Source of the DNA: Nitrososphaeraceae archaeon
GTDB taxonomy: Archaea; Thermoproteota; Nitrososphaeria; Nitrososphaerales; Nitrososphaeraceae
Direction of reading: 5' to 3'
Assembly (NCBI GenBank): GCA_023251115.1
Contig: JAHEZK010000011.1
Coordinates: forward strand, 1-32,000
Length of the DNA: 32,000 nucleotides
Numbering within the stretch: position 1 is the first letter of the stretch; every line of letters starts with the position of its first letter. Below, one piece after another: positions 25,969 to 32,000 of this stretch. The position numbers and the translations under genes were made by a program. Below the pieces are notes generated by a model that worked only from the letters and a program-made list of their open reading frames with translations, was not told the origin of the DNA and did not search any database.

Positions 25969-27510
25969 TCACCAGAGCACAGTTCCATTAAAAGGATCCA
26001 CCAACACTTTTTCTGCATAGTGACCTGAAGTAAAGTCAAACAGGTTTAAAATTGGACCAGCAATTGAGTCAAAAGATTGATCTCCGATTTGCCCAAGATT
26101 CCAATTATCTTCTATAAATCGCAGTATTGAAGCTTGGTCTATTATTTGGTGATCAACATAATTGATCTTTGCAAACGGCGAGATCACTAGAAATGGAAGA
26201 CGGGGACCATAGCCACACCGGTCGTCGTAGCGATCAGGAGCGGGTTTGCCGCATAAACCTAGACCAAGCAATCTATCATTTTCAGGGTCATCAGACTGGC
26301 TCACTATTGGAGGCATAACATGATCATACCAGCCGTCAGAATCATCATACGCTATTATGACTGCTGTGTGATTCCATTCAGGAAGGTTCTGAAGACGGTT
26401 TATAGTTTCTACGAGAAACGTCTGTTCGTCTAATGGGTTAGAATACCCTGCGTGTCCATCTTGGAAGGCTGCAGCCTTTAGGAAGCTCACAGCAGGGAGG
26501 TTCCCCAATTCAGCAGCGTCCCAGAAATCTATTAGATCATATTGATGATTTGCTTGGTCATTACTACCGATCATATGAACTGAGGTTGGAGCCAAATGGT
26601 GTGGATTAGCTGTTGTTTTGTAAAATTGAAATGGTTCATGGTGGGGAAGATAATCAAATAAAGATGCGTTCTCGTAGCTTCCATGAGTTGAACCGCAGAT
26701 TGGAGTTCTATTAGCAGTCCAATTAGTTGGTTTGAATCCACCTTGGAACCATCCCCAGGTAACATTAGCTCTGTTCAACAGATCTCCTACGTTAGTTCCA
26801 GCAAGAGAAACTAGTGGATATGATTTTGTGGCTGGGTTAAAACAATCATCATATAAAGGATTGGGATCACTTATCATGGTACCGTTTACTATAACATTTA
26901 TCACAGATCCATGAGAAAGCTTTTCAACATTAGTGGGTTCCACACCATGTGTTTGTCCTGAAACCAAGTTAATATGTCCGGGTGTTGAAGGACCAAAAAT
27001 AGAACCAAAGAAGCTGTCACTCATGGCATAGTGTTGTGCGTAGTTCCAGAGAGCAGTCACGGTATTTCCGTCAAAATAACCCATGGTTATGATTGGATCG
27101 CAACCTTTTGAAATTTGTTTGTTTGATTGAACAAATTTGTCCATGATACCACCATTATAAGCTTCTTGAAGCCTGCTATATTCATGATCGTTGTCACAAG
27201 TAGACGTTTGAGATCTAGGGATGCGAAACGGGTTGACCAGATTAGGATTATATGTCAAAAGCGTGCCAGAGAGGCCATTCACTGATGGTGTATTTGGTAA
27301 CTGACTGAAAGATGGTTCACCGGGTGGATTAACGGCATTAGGGTAAGTACCAAAGTAATGATCAAAAGAAACATTTTCCTGATATATAATAATTAAATGA
27401 TCTATCGGAGTAGCTATTTTAGCAATGGCATAAGTATCTATCAATGAAGTGCCAGACATCAAAATGAGCAATGAAAACAATAAGAATTTGACTCCTGTCA
27501 TTAGTTCCAC
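25969..27510 (-). CDS. Secreted phosphoesterase family protein (acid phosphatase AcpA / phospholipase C-like)
   Basis: 513 aa. Signal-like MTGVKFLLFSLLILMSGTSLIDTYAIA. HLIIIYQENVSFDHYFGTYP is the N-terminal signature of the PF04185-type phosphoesterases. Length is close to AcpA-type enzymes. Listed start is GTG 27510; ATG at 27501. Confidence 0.85.
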   Translation of the reverse strand: MELMTGVKFLLFSLLILMSGTSLIDTYAIAKIATPIDHLIIIYQENVSFDHYFGTYPNAVNPPGEPSFSQLPNTPSVNGLSGTLLTYNPNLVNPFRIPRSQTSTCDNDHEYSRLQEAYNGGIMDKFVQSNKQISKGCDPIITMGYFDGNTVTALWNYAQHYAMSDSFFGSIFGPSTPGHINLVSGQTHGVEPTNVEKLSHGSVINVIVNGTMISDPNPLYDDCFNPATKSYPLVSLAGTNVGDLLNRANVTWGWFQGGFKPTNWTANRTPICGSTHGSYENASLFDYLPHHEPFQFYKTTANPHHLAPTSVHMIGSNDQANHQYDLIDFWDAAELGNLPAVSFLKAAAFQDGHAGYSNPLDEQTFLVETINRLQNLPEWNHTAVIIAYDDSDGWYDHVMPPIVSQSDDPENDRLLGLGLCGKPAPDRYDDRCGYGPRLPFLVISPFAKINYVDHQIIDQASILRFIEDNWNLGQIGDQSFDSIAGPILNLFDFTSGHYAEKVLVDPFNGTVLW

Positions 27511-27941
27511 TAGTTTACTTCTCAGTTTAAAGATATTAAGTTGTCTGATGCGTAGACAGGGCTTGTTAACTTAAGAACCATCCCCTCCGATCATTTCAAC
27601 TAACCCACCAAACTTGATGTATCCAATTTTGTTATGCATGAATTCAAACAATTGAATCCACTTCTATACATGTACAGATCACACTGTTTTTTTAATACAC
27701 GTTCCAAGAACAGTTCTGTTGATAGGTTCTATCGCTATCCAGAGTCATGCTACATCATTACCAATCTGTATCATGGTTTCATCTATTGCAAACACACTCA
27801 CTCTCTTTCTAACATAGATTCTATTAGGCATAAATCGTAGAACGTACTTCTAAACAGTAACATGACTACTTTACATATGGTTGTAATGCCGTCGATGTAT
27901 TTCGAAAGCTCAACCCTAGAAAGTATAAGTAAAGTGCATAT

Positions 27942-28331
27942 ATGATATACAGTGTGGATGTTCTCTCTCTATATGAGATTGATAGTTTCGATCGCTTCAA
28001 GAGTAAAGCGGAGCAGGAGATTCCGAATTTACCTGAAAATCTTCAGTCAGCTGCCAAAGAGGCAATTAATGATAAAACTTTTAAGAAGGAATACCTATCC
28101 CTAATAAATGCATATAAACTACTAGCAAAGGATCCCGAAGTAAAAATCTCCAGTGGTGATGACTTTTACTCAGATAACACAGTGAAAAAAGTGGCGGATA
28201 ATTTGAAGACTAGAGGGTTGGACGTCGTTTATAAAAAAGATGGTGACAAAAAGGAATTTCGTCTAAAAATTGATAGCAGTTTCCTTAAGGCATTAGGAGC
28301 ATTAATATCAAAAATTGCAGGACTATTCTAA
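27942..28331 (+). CDS. Hypothetical protein
   Basis: 129 aa, helical/charged, no motif. Its codons 4-13 are the right copy of the 29-bp repeat. Confidence 0.5.
   Translation: MIYSVDVLSLYEIDSFDRFKSKAEQEIPNLPENLQSAAKEAINDKTFKKEYLSLINAYKLLAKDPEVKISSGDDFYSDNTVKKVADNLKTRGLDVVYKKDGDKKEFRLKIDSSFLKALGALISKIAGLF
27953..27981 (+). repeat. 29-bp perfect direct repeat, right copy (pairs with 16830-16858)
   Basis: Identical 29-mer, here inside the 5' end of the 129-aa ORF. Confidence 0.9.
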
Positions 28332-28461
28332 GATTATGCGTGACATCTTTTTCTCGTCTTAGATTAAGTAAAATATTGGCTTCGTAAGCGGAAACATTAA
28401 CTTCAAGCAATTTAATAATATACTATATGAAGTCACACAAAATAGGAACACGAACTGAGGC

Positions 28462-28481
28462 TTCAAATCCGACAAACCCCA
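28462..28481 (+). repeat. Degenerate internal copy of the tRNA-Pro 3' end (att-like)
   Basis: ttcaaatccgacaaacccca versus tRNA-Pro 15810-15829 ttcaaatccgaccagcccca: 18/20, same orientation. Confidence 0.65.
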
Positions 28482-28523
28482 GATAACTATGATTTTAGAG
28501 TCTTGTGATGATAAGTTGGTATA

Positions 28524-28862
28524 CTATCGAGGCCCATAAAATATTATGACTGCTCCTAAAACTGCTACCATAGAGCCTATTATTTCAAATTTATCTGGTC
28601 TCTTTTTGTCTACCACCATTCCCCATAATATTGAAGAAATAATAAAAAATCCACCATACGCGGCATATACCCTTCCAAAATTTGAAGGCTGTAATGTAGG
28701 AATTATTCCGTAAGTAAAGAGTATGATTCCCCCAACTAAACCAAAGATTATTTTCTTTTTCTGTCTTATCCATAACCATACTAAATATCCTCCACCAATT
28801 TCAGCTAGTGCTGCTAAGAGAAACAGTCCTACTGAAGTAATAGAAGTAGTAATTTCATTCAT
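28524..28862 (-). CDS. YnfA/UPF0060 family small membrane protein (SMR-like), paralog B
   Basis: 112 aa, 4 TM. AEIGGGYLVWLWIRQKK and GRVYAAYGGFFI parallel E. coli YnfA (CEIIGCFLPWLWLKR; GRVYAAYGGVYV). Confidence 0.8.
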   Translation of the reverse strand: MNEITTSITSVGLFLLAALAEIGGGYLVWLWIRQKKKIIFGLVGGIILFTYGIIPTLQPSNFGRVYAAYGGFFIISSILWGMVVDKKRPDKFEIIGSMVAVLGAVIIFYGPR

Positions 28863-29242
28863 TTACGTTCACTTGATATCAACTTGTTTTTTCTGGGCAT
28901 ATAGAAAATAATCATGACTCCAATTAGTGATATAATGGCACCAATTATGTCAAACATATCTGGTCTTATTCCCTGTATAACCCAACCCCATAACAAAGCC
29001 ATTACAATGAAGATGCCCCCATAAGCCGAGTATATCCTATGAAAATGATGCGGTTGGAATGTTGGAATTATGCCATAGGTGAAAAGAACAAAACCGCCCA
29101 GGACACCAAGTATCCAACTCATGTCTTCTCTAAGCCAAAGCCAAACTAGGTAACCACCACCAATCTCACAAAATCCGGCTGAAAGGAAGAAGAATACTGA
29201 GATTAGTATTTTGTTCCAGCTAATTCTATCTCTATTTACCAA
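28859..29242 (-). CDS. YnfA/UPF0060 family small membrane protein (SMR-like), paralog A
   Basis: 127 aa, 4 TM. CEIGGGYLVWLWLRED and HRIYSAYGGIFIV. Its stop overlaps the start of paralog B by 4 nt. Confidence 0.8.
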   Translation of the reverse strand: MVNRDRISWNKILISVFFFLSAGFCEIGGGYLVWLWLREDMSWILGVLGGFVLFTYGIIPTFQPHHFHRIYSAYGGIFIVMALLWGWVIQGIRPDMFDIIGAIISLIGVMIIFYMPRKNKLISSERK

Positions 29243-29855
29243 CAGTCATTCCTTTGATGTATATTTTGCCAAATAGAATATACAATGAAATAGCAATTAT
29301 CGCGATTTGAACCCCCGCTACAATAGCATCCAATAAACCAATAGGTTCTGTTCCTAGACTAGAAATCCCTACCGTTCTAGAAGTAAAATAAATTCCTAAT
29401 AATACTAATGAACCGACTATGGCTATTATGTAAGGAACTTTACTGTTCCTTTTATCTAGTATCATCCATAATCCTATTGCAGCATAGCCAATTCCAGCAA
29501 TAATTGAAAGTGGAAATTCTAAAACCCTGCGTTGATTTTCAGATGTTTCTTGATGTAAGGTTTCTTCTGTTTCTTTGAGTTCGAGGTGTTTAGATTCGTT
29601 GGTGTTCTGTTCTGGTGCCTGCTCTTCTTGTAGACGCTGTACCGACGATTCACCAGATTCATTGTGAATTTCTAGTGTTTTCTCTTGATTCTCATTGTGG
29701 GCAGACTCCGTAGTTTCATCCTCTTGTCCTTCAACTAGCTGCAATCCGTGAGCTTCACTACTTTCAATACTTTCACCAAATATTGCAACTAAAAAGTATA
29801 GAGAGGATGTTGAGAACATCAAGAATGTTATAATGTAGACTAAAAATGATTTCAA
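29232..29855 (-). CDS. Membrane protein with acidic Glu/Gln/His-rich extracytoplasmic region
   Basis: 207 aa. N-terminal TM helix, an ~85-aa low-complexity stretch (EAHGLQLVEGQEDETTESAHNENQEKTLEIHNESGE...), then three TM helices. Overlaps the downstream ynfA-like gene by 11 nt. Confidence 0.55.
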   Translation of the reverse strand: MKSFLVYIITFLMFSTSSLYFLVAIFGESIESSEAHGLQLVEGQEDETTESAHNENQEKTLEIHNESGESSVQRLQEEQAPEQNTNESKHLELKETEETLHQETSENQRRVLEFPLSIIAGIGYAAIGLWMILDKRNSKVPYIIAIVGSLVLLGIYFTSRTVGISSLGTEPIGLLDAIVAGVQIAIIAISLYILFGKIYIKGMTVGK

Positions 29856-30036
29856 CTAACGTGAATTACTAGGCTTTATTCATAAACATTATGAAAAATC
29901 AAAATACCAAGGCGCGGTAGAATCCTATTATAGGAAGGATACTAGTCACAACGGCTCCAAACCTATGAATTAAAACATCGGTGTTCATTTGTCATAAATA
30001 ACATTTGATATTTGAATCTAAAAATCATGTCAATTT

Positions 30037-30087
30037 TGGTTCACAAACGACCAGCCCCATGCCTTTAGTAGTTCTCTAATTGGATTC
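30037..30087 (+). repeat. attR-like direct repeat
   Basis: ggttcacaaacgaccagccccatgcctttagtagttctctaattggattca. See attL for identities. Confidence 0.85.
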
Positions 30088-30104
30088 ATATTGTAAACAA
30101 TGTG

Positions 30105-30120
30105 CATCCGACCAGCCCCA
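30105..30120 (+). repeat. Second right-hand copy of the tRNA-Pro 3' end
   Basis: atccgaccagccccat is identical to 15815-15830. It is followed directly by tgggtt, which in attL occurs 20 nt further downstream. Confidence 0.8.
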
Positions 30121-30219
30121 TTGGGTTATTAGTTCCGCAATTTTAATCGTATGTTAAATAAAAAAGAATTGAATCGCTAATTTTATGACTAACTTTATGA
30201 CGCTGTGTCTTTCTTATTT

Positions 30220-31077
30220 TCAACCAGCGTTACCGCTACTGTATACAACAATGGGGTTTCCAAATGTTTCACCATTATCATTGCTCGACCTAAACATAAC
30301 TTGTTTTTCTCCGGGGTTAATATCAATCCAAGAAATGTATAAATTATTTCCTTGAGCAGCCATCCTTGCACCTATTGACCGGGCATCTGAAGAATTACTT
30401 ATATTTACAGTCTCGCCGAAGGTCTTTCCACCATCTGTACTTTTTGCCCATGATACTTCCCAGTTTCCTGTTGTGTTGTCCCACCAGAGCAGGTATTCGT
30501 TTTTATTACTAGATGCAGTAACAATCGTATCAACTGATATTGTGGATGGTGGGGGCGCTTTTAGCGTTTTGACTGGAGAACTACCGATATTTTTTAGCAT
30601 AACTGCATCGTCAAATGTCTTTCCATTGTCACTGCTTGCCCTCGAAAATACTTGCCAATCCCCGGTTTTATTATCCCACCATGAAACAAATACATTATTT
30701 CCCTCCGCAGCGATTTGACTATCAGCAGAAGCTCCCTTAGCATTGCTTAAGTTAATAGGATTACCGAATGTTTTCCCTCCGTCATTACTTGCAGCTGTAT
30801 ATACTTCATTGTTTCCTGTTTTGTTATCCCACCATGTAAGATAGATATTAGTGTCAGATACAGCCATTGATGCCCTTGGTCCAGAATATAGTTTGTCAGC
30901 ACCAACACGATCAATACCAGCAGCATATACTGATTGAAGTAAAGGAGCTGTTGCAATACTAATAGTTAGTATTATAGCTGTAATAATTCCTGACTGTAAC
31001 GAATTTCTTACAACCATTAATTTCACCTCGAAGAAGGTATTATACAAGAGTTTGTAATTTGGGGCTAGAGTGTACAC
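30220..31077 (-). CDS. Secreted BNR/Asp-box repeat protein (sialidase-like beta-propeller repeats)
   Basis: Four ~58-aa repeats, each with WWDNKTG-like and S-x-D-x-G-x-T-F boxes (SNDGGKTFG, SSDNGKTFD, STDGGKTFG, SNDNGETFG). Signal-like MVVRNSLQSGIITAIILTISIATAPLLQSVYA. Probable start ATG 31017 rather than the listed GTG 31077. Confidence 0.75.
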   Translation of the reverse strand: MYTLAPNYKLLYNTFFEVKLMVVRNSLQSGIITAIILTISIATAPLLQSVYAAGIDRVGADKLYSGPRASMAVSDTNIYLTWWDNKTGNNEVYTAASNDGGKTFGNPINLSNAKGASADSQIAAEGNNVFVSWWDNKTGDWQVFSRASSDNGKTFDDAVMLKNIGSSPVKTLKAPPPSTISVDTIVTASSNKNEYLLWWDNTTGNWEVSWAKSTDGGKTFGETVNISNSSDARSIGARMAAQGNNLYISWIDINPGEKQVMFRSSNDNGETFGNPIVVYSSGNAG

Positions 31078-31575
31078 AACTTTGTAATTAACTCCAAGTA
31101 ATATTGTAAATAAGAATCAGACTACGAGTTTTATTGTCCTATCCTAATATTAGCAGACCTCACTTATCCGCAAGGTTCAAATCCCGCCGGTCTAATGACC
31201 TTCAAGTTTCGTTTATGTGATTCTTATTTTTAGATAACTTCAATTTATTATCAAGAACTATAACTCAAAAGTTGATATATCAAGAAGGTTAGTATAGCTA
31301 TAATCTTATTAATGGTACAATGAATCAATAATTTTTTAATATTAGGAATTTCACGCGTCTACGGACTCTGCTCTACGAAGTCTATTTTTAACTCAACTGC
31401 ATTCATTCAAATTGCAGGTGATTTAGCTTATTGATATTAATATTAGTAAAGGCAATCTATGCCCAAATCAGGTTAAGTTATGACCATCAGTTGACTTATA
31501 ATATGCAGTTTCCGGAAAACACTTTACTAACGATAGAAATCAGCTAGTCAAAATTTGTGTATAAATTAAGACTAT

Positions 31576-32000
31576 TTATGGATTTAACTTAATTGAGCCT
31601 TTGACAATCTTTTCATTGAATGGTCCTTCGGATCCATCAGGCATATTCCCTTGGATACCATCACCGTTTACATCAGTAGTAAGTATAAGTGTGCCATTGC
31701 TACCGCTACCATCTTTCAAGCTTGGCTGTGCTGCTATTGCTTCGAACGTACCTGTTCCTTTTCCAAAGCCTGTCACTACTGCTGGTCCACTTATAGTTGC
31801 AGAAGTTCCATTAGCTGATTTTGTAACATTTGTAACCGTACCCTTCACATACATGGTATTACCATCTGGCATAACTGCGAAACACTCAAAATTGCCAGAT
31901 ACAGTCCCATCTTGCTTTATGGCTTTAAAGCTAAACAGCGTAGGAACATCACCTGGAAGCACAGATTGGCCCCAACCAGAAATATTTTGCGGTACCTGCA
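31576..32000 (-). CDS. Hypothetical Gly/Thr-rich beta protein, 5' end probably beyond the window
   Basis: The frame of the 128-aa ORF stays open from the listed GTG (31962) to position 31996 at the window edge (…QVPQNISGWGQS-VLPGDV…). No motif recognised. Confidence 0.45.
   Translation of the reverse strand, partial: QVPQNISGWGQSVLPGDVPTLFSFKAIKQDGTVSGNFECFAVMPDGNTMYVKGTVTNVTKSANGTSATISGPAVVTGFGKGTGTFEAIAAQPSLKDGSGSNGTLILTTDVNGDGIQGNMPDGSEGPFNEKIVKGSIKLNP

Larger units (their letters stand above)
15818..30087. mobile_element. Cryptic integrated-element array at tRNA-Pro (about 14.3 kb), probably immobilised
   Basis: Direct repeats of the tRNA 3' end at both borders. An integrase-like gene reads inward from attL. 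Additional internal and adjacent att-like copies at 28462-28481 and 30105-30120. Accessory-type cargo. Confidence 0.75.

Noticed and set aside
25773-26039. 88-aa minus-strand ORF overlapping the 3' end of the phosphoesterase gene
   Set aside because: It overlaps the last 70 nt of a strongly supported CDS in another frame and continues into the decayed ORF-free stretch, so it is probably spurious or a gene remnant.
27634-27840. 68-aa ORF in the divergent intergenic region upstream of the phosphoesterase
   Set aside because: No motif, odd composition, and it sits where promoters of both flanking genes are expected.
15818-30087. SSV-type integration in which the int gene is split into N- and C-terminal halves at the two att sites
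   Set aside because: Conceptually joining the attR-proximal sequence to attL yields only a 12-codon ORF ending in TGA. No integrase C-terminal fragment reads into attR.
31100-31200. Intact tRNA gene (possibly intron-containing) around the T-loop-like sequence at 31174
   Set aside because: No 5' T-stem complement, D arm or acceptor 5' strand could be folded. Only the 3' fragment is tRNA-like; it is reported as a possible att remnant instead.
1-32000. CRISPR arrays, cas genes, rRNA genes, IS elements with terminal inverted repeats
   Set aside because: No regularly spaced repeat arrays, no rRNA-like conserved blocks and no transposase-like ORFs were seen on either strand.

Overview
AT-rich archaeal chromosome segment. 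The gene content (RadA, archaeal-type tRNAs, copper-centred respiration with plastocyanin-like domains, compact heme A synthase, an F420-linked enzyme) fits a thaumarchaeal, ammonia-oxidiser-like genome; this taxonomic call is inference only. 1-8.3 kb: a minus-strand terminal-oxidase locus. It holds a small 2-TM ORF, a CuA subunit II fused to a C-terminal plastocyanin-like domain, an A-type subunit I, a second membrane-anchored plastocyanin paralog (sharing a 308-bp, ~85% identical module with the fusion) and a 4-helix CtaA. Fe-ADH, histidine phosphatase, NADPH:F420 reductase-like and aminotransferase genes lie alongside. 8.4-15.8 kb: tRNA-Arg(TCG), a secreted hypothetical, dodecin, a small C2H2 zinc-finger ORF, radA divergent from a long DUF790/Bax1-like nuclease, a NUDIX hydrolase, an LhgO-like flavoprotein and tRNA-Pro(CGG). 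15.8-30.1 kb is the accessory part: an integrated-element array at the 3' end of tRNA-Pro, delimited by imperfect 41-51 bp direct repeats. It carries two further copies of the tRNA 3' end and a decayed tyrosine integrase (in-frame TGA, no catalytic C-terminus). Its cargo is a set of signal-peptide-bearing hydrolases (two paralogous Amidohydro_3 enzymes, a Cys-type sulfatase, an AcpA/PLC-type phosphoesterase), orphan membrane proteins, a 1.1-kb ORF-free decayed stretch, and a translationally coupled operon of two YnfA/UPF0060 paralogs plus an acidic His/Glu-rich membrane protein. 30.2-32 kb: a four-repeat BNR/Asp-box secreted protein and an ORF running off the window edge. No rRNA, CRISPR array or cas genes were seen. 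All homology calls come from motif recognition by eye; no database search was possible.
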